In this document: positions 18,350-27,676 of the stretch, piece after piece
Numbering within the stretch: position 1 is the first letter of the stretch
Layout: each line of letters begins with the position of its first letter
From: Candidatus Eiseniibacteriota bacterium
Lineage (GTDB): Bacteria; Eisenbacteria; RBG-16-71-46; DASYSL01
Direction: 5' to 3'
DNA length: 43,764 nt
NCBI GenBank assembly: GCA_031431875.1
Contig: JANPEF010000007.1
Location: 1-43,764, forward strand
Made by a program: the position numbers and the translations under genes
The notes under the pieces: model-generated
Seen by the model: only the letters and a program-made list of their open reading frames with translations
Told to the model about the DNA's origin: nothing
Database searches by the model: none

Positions 18350-18520
18350 CGGTCTCAGGGGTGCCTCCGGACGCCGGTCGGAAGGGAGCTTGAACGGGAG
18401 CCTAGCACAGCACCTGCACGAACGAAGCCGTGCCGCCGCCCCGGAGCCTGCGCTAGACTTGAGGGGTAGCGATCGCGGTCCCCGGTTCTGGCCCCCCGTT
18501 GGAAAAGCATCCGAGGCGTC

Positions 18521-19981
18521 ATGCTCACGGCCAGTCACCTGTACCAGTACACCTCGTGCCCGCGCTGGTCGTGGAACGAGCTGCACGGGGACCCGAAGCG
18601 CAAGCGCGGTCCCTCCGCCTTCCTCAAGAAGCTTCTCGCCGACGGCATCCAGCACGAGGAGTCGATCTACGCCGCACTCCAGCCAGCCCGGGTGCCCTAC
18701 GTCAGCGACCGGGCGGTGGGCGAGGCCGAGACCGCGCGCCTCCTGGCCGCGGGGGCCCCGCTCATCGCCCAGGCCGTCCTGCGCGCGGCGGACGGTCGGG
18801 TCGGGATCGTCGACCTGCTCGAACGCCTGCCGGGTCGCTCCGCGCTGGGCGACTTCACGTACGAGCCGGTCGAGATCAAGACCGCGCGCGCGATCAAGCC
18901 GGTCTACAAGCTGCAGCTCGCGTTCTACGCGGACCTGCTCGCCGGCAAGCTCGGCGCCTGGCCGATCTCCGCGCACGTGATCCTCAATGACGGTTCACGC
19001 ACCTCGTTCGACCTCGCCGAGGTGCGCGACCAGTACGACGAGCTGCTCGCCGGGCTGCGTTCCGTCGCCGCGGGCGTCGAGCCGCCGGTCCATATCAGCT
19101 CGACCTGCGGCGATTGTCCGTGGGAACTCACCTGCCTGCCCCACGCCGAGACGATTCGCGACGTGTCGCTCACCTACGGGATGCAGCGCCGAACCGCACA
19201 CGACCTGCGCGGCCGTGGCATCGCCACCCTGCCCGCGCTGGTCGAGCTCGATCCGGCGGACGTCGCGCAGTGGACGGGGCTGGGCCTGTCGGCGGCACGG
19301 CTGCTGGTGACCCAGGCCCGCGCCCTCGAGGAGGGCGTCGCCCTGTGGCGTGGCCCGGCCGAGTTCGAGTCCGCGCCCGTCGACCTGTACTTCGACATCG
19401 AGGGCGATCCCGAGCACGACGTGCTCTACCTGTTCGGCGTGCTCGTGCGCGAGCGGGACGGCGCCGAGACCTACCGCGCCTTCGTCGCCGAGCGGCCCGA
19501 GGACGAGGCGCGGGCCTTTGGCGAGCTGCTCGATTTCCTCGACTCGCTGCCGGGGGCACCCGTCTACCACTATCACCACTACGAGCGCGCCGCCCTGCGC
19601 CAGCTCGGCCAGCGGTACCAGATCGACGGCGGACGCATCGCCGCGATTCTCGCGCGCCTGCGCGACCTGCATCGCGACCTGTCGATGTCGGTCGTGCTCC
19701 CGGTCTACTCGTACTCGCTGAAGGCGGTTGCCAAGTACCTGGGCCACGCCTGGCGCCACCCCGACGCCAGCGCCGCGCAGTCGATGTACTGGTACTCGTC
19801 GTGGCTCAAGACGGGGGACCGCCGACACCTCGAGGACGCCGTCGAATACAACGAGGACGACTGCCGGGCCACGCGCGTGCTCAAGGAGTGGCTCGCCGCG
19901 GGACCGGAGGCCGGGATCGTGACGGTGGCCGCGAGCGCGCCCGCCAGGGGTGCGCCGCGAGGGCCCGTCGTCGGCGCCTAG
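18521..19981 (+). CDS. TM0106 family RecB-like nuclease (PD-(D/E)xK, HhH, RNase H-like)
   Basis: GIVDLLER..YEPVEIK...QLAFY; C..CPW..C; YFDIEGDP; YSYSLKAVA; YNEDDCRAT. Confidence 0.92.
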   Translation: MLTASHLYQYTSCPRWSWNELHGDPKRKRGPSAFLKKLLADGIQHEESIYAALQPARVPYVSDRAVGEAETARLLAAGAPLIAQAVLRAADGRVGIVDLLERLPGRSALGDFTYEPVEIKTARAIKPVYKLQLAFYADLLAGKLGAWPISAHVILNDGSRTSFDLAEVRDQYDELLAGLRSVAAGVEPPVHISSTCGDCPWELTCLPHAETIRDVSLTYGMQRRTAHDLRGRGIATLPALVELDPADVAQWTGLGLSAARLLVTQARALEEGVALWRGPAEFESAPVDLYFDIEGDPEHDVLYLFGVLVRERDGAETYRAFVAERPEDEARAFGELLDFLDSLPGAPVYHYHHYERAALRQLGQRYQIDGGRIAAILARLRDLHRDLSMSVVLPVYSYSLKAVAKYLGHAWRHPDASAAQSMYWYSSWLKTGDRRHLEDAVEYNEDDCRATRVLKEWLAAGPEAGIVTVAASAPARGAPRGPVVGA

Positions 19982-20020
19982 AAAAACGAAGCCCGCCGGG
20001 ACGATGAGGTCGCGGCGGGC
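19982..20020 (-). terminator. intrinsic terminator of the 20045-20638 gene
   Basis: GCCCGCCG/CGGCGGGC stem followed by TTCGTTTTT on the minus strand. Confidence 0.65.
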
Positions 20021-20044
20021 GGTGCGGCACGGATCGAAAGTCCT

Positions 20045-20638
20045 CTACCGGTACTCGGCCTTCATCGCGCCCCAGCTCGTGGCCACGGCCACCGGCTCGC
20101 CGATCGCGTTGCCGGCCAGGCTCGCCTCGGAGTAGGTGCGGCACTCGGGCAGGCCCATCGTGTCGGAGGCCAGCGTCAGGCGGCTCGCGGCGGACTTGGG
20201 CATCGCCAGCACCAGGGCGGGCGCGCGGCCACCGCGGCCGGCTTCGACCGTCAGGTTCAGCCGGGTGCCGCTCAGGCCGCGCGTCACGCCCGTCAGCGAC
20301 AGGTGACGCGCCTCGGGCAGCTCGCCCAGCGCCAGCACCAGCACGCATTCCTTCGACCAGTCCACACCCGCGGGCATCGCTTCGGCGGCGACGGCCAGGC
20401 CCTCTTCGGCCATGCGCTCGTTCCACTTCTCCCACTGCGCGGCGCTGTGCAGGACCATGGCGACGGGGGCCACCCAGGCGCTCATCGAGTAGTTCTCGAC
20501 GGTGCGGCAGGCCGACGACTTGTTCGCACGCTCGGCGGCGCCGTTCCCGGGGGCGGCGGCGGCCAGCGAGGCCGTCAGTGCCAGGGTCAGGGCCATCGCG
20601 GTCAGGGCCGCGGTCTTGGTCTGCGTGCGAGCGTTCAT
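20045..20638 (-). CDS. secreted protein, weakly PrcB-C-like domain, C-terminal SWGAMKAEYR motif
   Basis: Signal peptide; PAGVDWSKECVLVLALGE; GGAGG RBS. Confidence 0.8.
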   Translation of the reverse strand: MNARTQTKTAALTAMALTLALTASLAAAAPGNGAAERANKSSACRTVENYSMSAWVAPVAMVLHSAAQWEKWNERMAEEGLAVAAEAMPAGVDWSKECVLVLALGELPEARHLSLTGVTRGLSGTRLNLTVEAGRGGRAPALVLAMPKSAASRLTLASDTMGLPECRTYSEASLAGNAIGEPVAVATSWGAMKAEYR

Positions 20639-20704
20639 CGGACACCTCCAGGAGCTTGCTGCCGTTCGGGTGGGGGCCTCGTGCCCCCGACGAGGCTTGC
20701 AGAT

Positions 20705-20772
20705 CGCAATGTCCGTGCCGTGTCAGTTCGGCCGAGGGCTGGACTTGTAAGTCACATAATCACAATGCTTTG
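20705..20772 (-). promoter_or_regulatory. sigma54 promoter with AT-rich IHF-like tract
   Basis: CGGCACG-GACA-TTGCG (20720-20705); AT-rich tract at 20748-20772. Confidence 0.65.
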
Positions 20773-20913
20773 GGTTGTGGTCGTTCCTGAAAAGCCAACA
20801 CCCTGCCTCCGGCTACATGGTGAGGAATTCCCCGTTGCTCGGGGCCTCGCAGCGTGGAACGGATGCCCCGTAGCCGGTTGCGCGAGGCACCGCCGGGGGC
20901 GCACACTCACCTC

Positions 20914-22857
20914 GTGAGGCCCATCCCGATACGAAATCAAATTCCTAGTGGAATACTTCTCGTCGTCGCCTTCGTTGCCGGAGGAGTGCTCCTCCCCCCG
21001 TGCCCGGCTCAGGCGCTGTCGCTTGCCGCGACGTCTGGTGAGTTCGCTCCGATGTCGCGGAGAGGCCGCGTTGCCACGACGGCCTCCGGCTTCGACGCCG
21101 ATGGCGTGTTGCGCACGCACGTCGTGCTGGTCGACGGTGCGGGGCGCGAGACCGCACGCTTTGCCGTGCCGGGCGGCGTCGTCGGCGATGCGCGCTGGGT
21201 CGTCGACGGCGTGCCCGCGTTCTTCGTCGGCGAGACGGTCGAGGTTGCGCTCGCCGATTCGCGGGCCGGGTGGACGATCGCCGCGGGGGACGCCGCGGTC
21301 GTGCGGCTCGAGCCAACGTCGGACGGGCGTTCCGGCGCGCTGCTCGGGGACGAAGTGCCGACCGTGCAATCGCTCACGCCCGACCTGGGCGGCGCGACGC
21401 CCGGGATCGGCACGCTCGTCACCGTGCGCGGGGCACACTTCGGCGCCACGCAGGGGGATTCCCGCGTCACCTTCCAGGGACTCTTCGAGCGCGTCGACGC
21501 GCCGGTCGTGTCGTGGTCGGACGACGTCGTCGAATGCCGGATCCCGCGACCGGGGCTGCTCGGCGTGCCCCAGGTGCTCACGGGGACGGTCAAGGTGTGG
21601 ACCGCCGCCGGCGGCTGGAGCGACGGCCACCAGTTCAACAACGGGCCGCGTTTCCGCGTGCTCTACCAGTGGGCGGGCGATCGCTGGCCGAACGAGCGCC
21701 TGCCCGTGCGCGTGTGGCTGAACCCCGAGGGCTTTCCCGGCGGCGCGGGCGCGGCGCGGATGGTTGCGGCATCGTTCGCCGGCTGGAACACCGCGGGCTC
21801 GTACGCCCGCCTCGAATACGCAGGCCTGACCCATGCCGAGGCCGGTCCGCACGATGCCACCGGCATGCGCTCCGGAGACGGTCGCAACACGGTGCGCTGG
21901 CGGACGGTCTGGCCGTACGACCCGGGGATTCTCGCCACCACCTGGTCGCTGATCGACACGCTCACGTACGAGCGTCGTGAGGTCGACGTCGAGATCAACG
22001 GCGCCGATCATCGCTGGACGACGGCCGACGAGGGGGACCTCGACGCCTTCGACCTGCCGTCGACCCTGACGCATGAGTTCGGGCACTGGCTCCGGCTCGG
22101 ACACACGCAGCTCGTGGCCAGCGTCATGCGTTCGGTCGTGGCACCGGGGCAAAGACGCCGTGAAGTCTCCGCTGCGGACCGCTTCGGGGCCTCGTTCATC
22201 CACCCGTCGTACGGTACGCTCACGGTCCCCGCGCCGATCGCCGGGGACGCCCCGCTCATGCTCACGGTGATCGCGCGCGATCGCAAGGGCGACCTGCAGC
22301 CCGGCCTTGCCGCCGAGCGCATCCGGGCCTACCTGATGCCACTCGACGGGACCACGATGCCGTCGCCGCTCGACTCGGCGCTCGCCGTGACGCCGCTCGA
22401 GGTCGTCTTCGGGGACCGGCCGACCGACGGCGATGGGGCCACGACGGTGCGTTTCGAACACGTGCCGCGGGGGCTGTACCGCATCGAGGTGACGGTCGAC
22501 GGCGAGCTCGTGCGACCGGTGCCGGTCGTGCGCGCCGGGGATGCGCCGATCGTCCCGGTGCCGACGCTCGCGTTTGCCGGCGTGACGCCACAGCCGCTGG
22601 CGGCAGGCATGCGGGGGATCGTGCGCTTCTCGCTGCCGCAGTCGACGCAGCTGAAGCTCGACCTGTACGATGTGCGCGGTGCGCATGTGCGCTCCGTCGC
22701 CGATGAACGATTCGCCGCCGGGACGCACGAGCTGCCGCTGTGGACGCGGGACGAGGGAGGAACGACGATGGCTCCGGGGATCTACTTCCTGCGCATGACC
22801 GCGATCGCCGGTGCGACGTTTGCACCGCAGACCCGGCGCGTCGTGGTGCTGCCGTGA
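20914..22857 (+). CDS. secreted matrixin-like (M10) metalloprotease with IPT/TIG and C-terminal FlgD-Ig domains
   Basis: HEFGHWLRLGH followed by SVM (Met-turn); IPT VTVRGAHFG..SWSD; C-terminal LYDVRGAHVRSV...WTRD..G..MAPGIYFLR; start codon uncertain. Confidence 0.85.
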   Translation: MRPIPIRNQIPSGILLVVAFVAGGVLLPPCPAQALSLAATSGEFAPMSRRGRVATTASGFDADGVLRTHVVLVDGAGRETARFAVPGGVVGDARWVVDGVPAFFVGETVEVALADSRAGWTIAAGDAAVVRLEPTSDGRSGALLGDEVPTVQSLTPDLGGATPGIGTLVTVRGAHFGATQGDSRVTFQGLFERVDAPVVSWSDDVVECRIPRPGLLGVPQVLTGTVKVWTAAGGWSDGHQFNNGPRFRVLYQWAGDRWPNERLPVRVWLNPEGFPGGAGAARMVAASFAGWNTAGSYARLEYAGLTHAEAGPHDATGMRSGDGRNTVRWRTVWPYDPGILATTWSLIDTLTYERREVDVEINGADHRWTTADEGDLDAFDLPSTLTHEFGHWLRLGHTQLVASVMRSVVAPGQRRREVSAADRFGASFIHPSYGTLTVPAPIAGDAPLMLTVIARDRKGDLQPGLAAERIRAYLMPLDGTTMPSPLDSALAVTPLEVVFGDRPTDGDGATTVRFEHVPRGLYRIEVTVDGELVRPVPVVRAGDAPIVPVPTLAFAGVTPQPLAAGMRGIVRFSLPQSTQLKLDLYDVRGAHVRSVADERFAAGTHELPLWTRDEGGTTMAPGIYFLRMTAIAGATFAPQTRRVVVLP

Positions 22858-23468
22858 GCGCGCAGGCTCCCGGCCGTCGGGCCGGGCTCGCCGCGACCGC
22901 GGCCGCCGCGCTGGCCCTGGTCGCCGCCTTCGACGCCTCGGGCGTCGGTCATCTGCCGCGCTGGGTGCCGACGGCCGACAAGGCGCACCCGCGCCTTCAG
23001 TTCGGCGACTCGCTGATCTCGATCAACAATCGCTGCGCGGTGAAGGAGAACGAGCTCTCGCCGTCGATCCGCCCGATCTACGTGAACGCAAAGCCGGTGG
23101 CCTTCTGCTGCACGACGTGCCCGGCGATCTTCATCCAGGGCCCCGAGCCCTACCTGCAGCGCATGAAGGCGTCGTTCACCGACCCGGTGCACCCGGACCG
23201 CGCCGCGAAGATCCAGGCGCCGCTGCGCTACCACGTGAACTGGGAAGTGTTCTTCTTCTCCGATCGCGCCAGCATGGAGGAGTTCCGCAAGCGACCGCTT
23301 GATTACTGCGGGATCCTGACGGATCCCGTGAATGGCGTGCGTTTCCGGCCGGGGCCGGCGTCGCCGCGCGTGGTCCACGCCGGCCGGACGTACTTCTTCA
23401 CCAGCGACTCGACGCGCACGAAGTTTCAGGCCGTGCCGATCGACTACGCTTACCGCAAGGGAGCCTGA
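22854..23468 (+). CDS. secreted YHS/TRASH-repeat protein (paralog 1)
   Basis: NNRCAV...AFCCTTC and two further DPV...YFF repeats. Confidence 0.8.
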   Translation: MSAQAPGRRAGLAATAAAALALVAAFDASGVGHLPRWVPTADKAHPRLQFGDSLISINNRCAVKENELSPSIRPIYVNAKPVAFCCTTCPAIFIQGPEPYLQRMKASFTDPVHPDRAAKIQAPLRYHVNWEVFFFSDRASMEEFRKRPLDYCGILTDPVNGVRFRPGPASPRVVHAGRTYFFTSDSTRTKFQAVPIDYAYRKGA

Positions 23469-24070
23469 TGCGCCTGGTGCTGCCGGCGTCGATTCTCGGA
23501 ATCGTCGTGCTCGCCGCGCTCGCGCCCGGCTCCAGCGATGCGTTCCGCTACCTCAAGACCGCCGACCCGGGGCATCCGCGGATCAAGTACCCGGACTCGC
23601 TCGTGTCGGTGAACGACCGGTGCATCGTGGCTGGCACGCCGTTGTCGACGATGATCCGTCCCACCTACGTCAACGGCAAGCCGATCGGCTACTGCTGCTC
23701 GGCCTGCCCGCGCGTATTCGTGCGCGATCCCGAGGCGTGGTTGAAGGACAAGGGCGTGGCGTTGCGCTGCGTCGTCGAGCCGACGAAGCCCGCCGTGCTC
23801 AAGGTGTCGCACCGCTCGCTGATCGGGAAGGACTGGTTCTTCTTCTCAAGCCCCATGGCGAAGCAGAAGTTCGACGCCAATCCCCTGTTCTACGTGACGG
23901 CGCTGAGCGATCCGGTGACGAACCTGCGCTTCAAGCCGACGGCCAAGTCGTTCAAGCTGGCGTACAAGGGGACGATGTTCTACTTCCCAGATCCCGCGAG
24001 CAAGGCGTTGTTCGCCGCCCTCCCCGACAGCTACGCCGTCGAGAAGGGCGGCAACCGTGACGGGCGCTAG
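23468..24070 (+). CDS. secreted YHS/TRASH-repeat protein (paralog 2)
   Basis: NDRCIV...GYCCSAC; collinear with the upstream paralog; TGATG coupling. Confidence 0.8.
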   Translation: MRLVLPASILGIVVLAALAPGSSDAFRYLKTADPGHPRIKYPDSLVSVNDRCIVAGTPLSTMIRPTYVNGKPIGYCCSACPRVFVRDPEAWLKDKGVALRCVVEPTKPAVLKVSHRSLIGKDWFFFSSPMAKQKFDANPLFYVTALSDPVTNLRFKPTAKSFKLAYKGTMFYFPDPASKALFAALPDSYAVEKGGNRDGR

Positions 24071-24085
24071 GCCCGCCGCGTCGCG

Positions 24086-26608
24086 CTAGAACGTCCCCTT
24101 CACTCCCGCGTACAGGTTGCGCGTCGCCGCCGGGATCCACACCGGGGTCGGCGCGTAGGCGGGCGCCGGGAAGTCGACGTAGCCCGCCGTTTCGTAACGC
24201 TCGTCGAACACGTTGTTGAGCCGCACGTCGAGCTCGACGGCGCGCCCGCCCAAAGCGCCCGGAAACGTCCATCGCCCGCCGACGTTGACCGCCGTCCACG
24301 GCTCGATCGTCCGGTCCTCCCATGTCGGGTCGTCGCGCAGCGTGGGGTTCTTGCGCTGGTTCTCGGTGTTGTCCAGGTACTGCCGGCCGGCGTGGTCCAG
24401 CGCGATGTCGAACGCACCGTTGCCGACGCTGAGCCGCGCGCGGCCGCGCGCCGCCCACCCTGGAAAGCCGGCGATCCGGTTGCCCGAGTAATCGGTCGTC
24501 GTCGTCGCGTCGTAGTACTCGAGGTACTCGTCGAAGCGGTCGTCGGCCACGTGGAAGTTGCCGCCCAACTCGAGCCGCCGCGCCGGGCGCAGCGTGAACG
24601 AGCCCTCGATCCCCGCGTGGCGCGAGCGCGCGGCGTTGCCGGTGATCGGGTTGCCGTTGTCGTCGATGCGCCCGTTGTAGACGATCTCGTCCACGAACTT
24701 CATCCAGTACAGCCCGAGCGTCGCCTCGCCCCGTGGGTTCGCGACCCGCACGCCGAGTGCCAGGTCGTCGACGTGCTCCGGGTCGATCAGCGGATCGGAC
24801 AGCCGGCCGGTCGCCGGGTCGAGCCTGGCGAACCCCGGAGGGGTGCCCGCGTTCTCGGGGTCGTACAGCTCGCGGAAGATCGGTTCGGCCTCCCCGCGCG
24901 ACCACGAGGCGTAGAGCTCGGTATCCTCGCGCGGCTTCCACGTCGCGCCCAGGCGCGGCATGAGAAACACGTAGTCCTCGTCGAAGTTGTAGCCGCTGAA
25001 TGTGTCGTCGGTGAGTTGGTACTCCTGGCGATGGAGCGCCAGGTCGCCGCGCACGATCACGCCGGGCCGCGCCTGCCACGCCGCACGCACGAAGGCCGAG
25101 GTGTTCGTCACCTTGCCGAGGTACTCGTAGTAGCCGTGGTTCGGCGTCGGATTCGGCGGCTGGGTCGCGGCCCACAGCAGCTCGCCCCAGCGCTGGCCCT
25201 CGTGGTAGCGCAGGTCCAACCCGGTCTCGAAGGACCATGCGCCGCCCGGCGCCCAGCGCGCACGCGGCACCCAGCCCACCTGGAGATTCTTCGCGTTCCG
25301 CCGGCGCACGACGTCCGTGACGATCGAGTCCGGGTAGCCGTAGTCGCGCAGGTCACGCTCCGTGCGGAACTCGTCGTAGAAGCCGGTGCCATGGAAGTAG
25401 AACAGGGCGTTCGACAGCGACAGCGTGGGCGACACCTTCCAGTCGTGCAGCAGCTCGTAGTGCGGCTCGAAGAACTCGTCGCGCTCGCCCACCCAGGTCA
25501 GCGGGTTGAAGCGGCGATCCTGGTCCTCGTCGCCGGTGACCGTGCCATCGAGGTAGGGGCGGGACACGCCCAGGTACGACAGGTGGGTGCGCTCCGGTCC
25601 GCCATACAGGTTGAGCCGCGTGACGGCGTTCGTGCCGACGTGGGCCACGCTGACGAAGTACGACCACAGGTCGGACCACGAGCTCTCGCGGTAGCCATCG
25701 GTGCGAATGCGCGACAGGCGCGTGTTGAGCGACCACTTCTCGTCGAGCAGCCCGCTGGCGGCCTGGATCGAGAAGCGCTGCGTGTCGAACGAGCCGCCGC
25801 CGGCCTCGAGCACGAGCTCGCGGTCGTTCTTGAACGGGATCGTCTCGACGTCGACCGAGCCACCGAGCGCCGTCGTGCCGTACACCGACGAGCCCACGCC
25901 GCGCTGCACCTGGATCGACTGCGCGCTGACGGCCAGGTCCGGATGGTCGATCCAGTAGACCTCGCGCGACTGCGGGTCATTGAGCGGGATGCCGTTGATG
26001 GTGACGCTGATCCGGCGCTGCCCGAATCCGCGGATCTTCAGGTACGAGTAGCCGATCCCGTTGCCCGCGTCGGAGTAGGCGTAGGTGCCCGGCACGTTCG
26101 CGCCCAGCAGCATGGGCAGGTCCTGCCCGTGGTGGTCGCGTACGATCGTCGCGCGATCGAGGTCGGTGAACGCGCCCGGCGCCTTGCCCGTGGCCGCGGT
26201 GACGCTACGGACCTCGGCCCCCTCGATCGGGATGGCGATGGCCGTGAGCGCGATGCGGGTAGCCTGCGCGTCTTCGCCCGCGGCGGCCGTCGTCGCGGAC
26301 AGTTCCACTTCCGCGGCGTCGAAGCCGACCATGTCGACGCGCACACGGCCCCGCATGGTGCCGGGCTCGGACGCGAGCGTGAAGTAGCCCTCGGCGTCGG
26401 TGACCGCGCCGCGCCTCGTACCGAGCAGGCGGACCGACGCGCCCGACAGCGGAATCCCGCCCGCCGCGTCGACGACACGGCCATGCAGGCGCGGAGCGCC
26501 GGCTTCCTGGGCGCGCGCGGTCGAGGCGGGAAAGAGCAGCAGGGTTGCGGCAAGTGCGATGGCGGCGAGCGCGCGCGCGCCGCCCCGGAAAACGGGATGG
26601 ATCAACAT
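24086..26608 (-). CDS. TonB-dependent receptor, probable thiamine transporter
   Basis: N-terminal carboxypeptidase-regulatory-like domain; plug SDAGNGIGYSYLKIRG...INGIPLND; C-terminal Phe; TPP riboswitch upstream. Confidence 0.92.
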   Translation of the reverse strand: MLIHPVFRGGARALAAIALAATLLLFPASTARAQEAGAPRLHGRVVDAAGGIPLSGASVRLLGTRRGAVTDAEGYFTLASEPGTMRGRVRVDMVGFDAAEVELSATTAAAGEDAQATRIALTAIAIPIEGAEVRSVTAATGKAPGAFTDLDRATIVRDHHGQDLPMLLGANVPGTYAYSDAGNGIGYSYLKIRGFGQRRISVTINGIPLNDPQSREVYWIDHPDLAVSAQSIQVQRGVGSSVYGTTALGGSVDVETIPFKNDRELVLEAGGGSFDTQRFSIQAASGLLDEKWSLNTRLSRIRTDGYRESSWSDLWSYFVSVAHVGTNAVTRLNLYGGPERTHLSYLGVSRPYLDGTVTGDEDQDRRFNPLTWVGERDEFFEPHYELLHDWKVSPTLSLSNALFYFHGTGFYDEFRTERDLRDYGYPDSIVTDVVRRRNAKNLQVGWVPRARWAPGGAWSFETGLDLRYHEGQRWGELLWAATQPPNPTPNHGYYEYLGKVTNTSAFVRAAWQARPGVIVRGDLALHRQEYQLTDDTFSGYNFDEDYVFLMPRLGATWKPREDTELYASWSRGEAEPIFRELYDPENAGTPPGFARLDPATGRLSDPLIDPEHVDDLALGVRVANPRGEATLGLYWMKFVDEIVYNGRIDDNGNPITGNAARSRHAGIEGSFTLRPARRLELGGNFHVADDRFDEYLEYYDATTTTDYSGNRIAGFPGWAARGRARLSVGNGAFDIALDHAGRQYLDNTENQRKNPTLRDDPTWEDRTIEPWTAVNVGGRWTFPGALGGRAVELDVRLNNVFDERYETAGYVDFPAPAYAPTPVWIPAATRNLYAGVKGTF

Positions 26609-26684
26609 GAGGTCTTCCTGCTCTCGCGCGTACGGTGCTCGGGGGGAGCCGCGCTGTCAGGTCGCGGCGAGCCGTTCGGCCACG

Positions 26685-26719
26685 GAAACGGCCATGCCCC
26701 CGAGGAACCGGGCATGGCC
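26685..26719 (-). terminator. putative riboswitch expression-platform hairpin
   Basis: GGCCATGCCC/GGGCATGGCC 10-bp stem followed by GTTTC between the aptamer and the start codon. Confidence 0.45.
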
Positions 26720-26739
26720 AGCGCGAGTTGCGACGAGGC

Positions 26740-26851
26740 CCGCCTCCCTACGCCGGTGCGAACCGGATCAGGTTCCTAGGGTATGATCTCAGGCCCTCGT
26801 TGATTGCCGGATCGCGCGGTGCGCGACACGGCCACGGGCCACCCCTGACGG
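26740..26851 (-). ncRNA. TPP (THI-box) riboswitch
   Basis: Minus strand AGGGGUG...CUGAGAUCAUACCC...GAACCUGAUCCGGUUCGCACCGGCGUAGGGAG; P1 CCGUC/GGCGG. Confidence 0.95.
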
Positions 26852-26872
26852 ATGTGCGAAACGTAGCACAGA

Positions 26873-27370
26873 CTATCGAAACCGCGCGATGTCGTCGCGC
26901 GACGCCGCCACCCCGTCGCGGAGTGCCACGACCCCGTCGCGGAGTGCGGCGAGCTCGTCCTCGACCACGACGCGCGGCGCCCGCCCGGAGAGGCGTGCGT
27001 TCCCCAGCCAGGACTTCCGTCCATCGCGCCAGATGTGAATCGAGACCAGGCTGCCCTCGCCCTCGCGGCGGATCCACCCCGCCAGTTCCAAGGCCGAGCG
27101 GACCGCCTGACCCTCGAACTCCACGATAATGTCGCCCTCGCGCAAGCCCTTCTGGTCCCCGGCGCCCCCGAGCTCGACCTCGAGGACGAGCGCGCCGCAA
27201 CGCGGACGGGCGGGCTCGTCGGGATCGGGCGGTGGTTGCTGGATGATACCGCGGCGGTCGGTCGCTGGTTCGAGGTCGGACACCGATTTGGCAGGTGGGC
27301 CACCGGAAATGACGAGGGGCCGGGAGAAGTCCCCGGCCCCGGGTTCCTTGTTCTCGATACGCGCCGTCAC
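26873..27370 (-). CDS. PDZ-domain protein with coiled-coil tail (possibly a fragment)
   Basis: GALVLEVELGGAGDQKGLREGDIIVEFEGQAV...IHIWRDG; heptad repeat ALRDGV x2. Confidence 0.55.
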   Translation of the reverse strand: MTARIENKEPGAGDFSRPLVISGGPPAKSVSDLEPATDRRGIIQQPPPDPDEPARPRCGALVLEVELGGAGDQKGLREGDIIVEFEGQAVRSALELAGWIRREGEGSLVSIHIWRDGRKSWLGNARLSGRAPRVVVEDELAALRDGVVALRDGVAASRDDIARFR

Positions 27371-27397
27371 ACGTGAAGGCGCGTTCGTCGCGGAACG

Positions 27398-27676
27398 CTA
27401 CATTCCGCCTTCAAGCATGTTCATGATCGCCTTCTTGACGGCGCGGCGCTTGACGGCCTTCTTCGCGACCTTGCGACGCACCGCCTTCTTGACGACGCGG
27501 CGCTTGACGGCCTTCTTCGCGACCTTGCGACGAACGGCCTTGCGCACGGCCTTCTTGACGATGCGACGCTTGACGGCCTTCTTCACGATGCGACGCTTGA
27601 CAGCCTTCTTCGCAACCTTGCGTCTGACGGCCTTCTTCGCAGCCTTGCGTCTGACGGCCTTCTTCCTGGTTGCCAC
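27398..27676 (-). CDS. histone H1-like basic repeat protein
   Basis: AAGGAG RBS, GTG start; KKAV(K)RR repeats; about half Lys/Arg. Confidence 0.85.
   Translation of the reverse strand: MATRKKAVRRKAAKKAVRRKVAKKAVKRRIVKKAVKRRIVKKAVRKAVRRKVAKKAVKRRVVKKAVRRKVAKKAVKRRAVKKAIMNMLEGGM
27428..27665. repeat. degenerate tandem coding repeat (~30 nt units)
   Basis: Recurring GCCTTCTT...GACGGC units. Confidence 0.8.

Noticed and set aside
18402..18418. TAGCACA-GCAC-CTGCA as a sigma54 promoter for the TM0106 gene
   Set aside because: Lacks the invariant GG at -24; a TAGACT -10 near 18454 is a simpler explanation
27428..27665. Possible CRISPR array
   Set aside because: Repeats are contiguous coding units with no unique spacers; no cas genes
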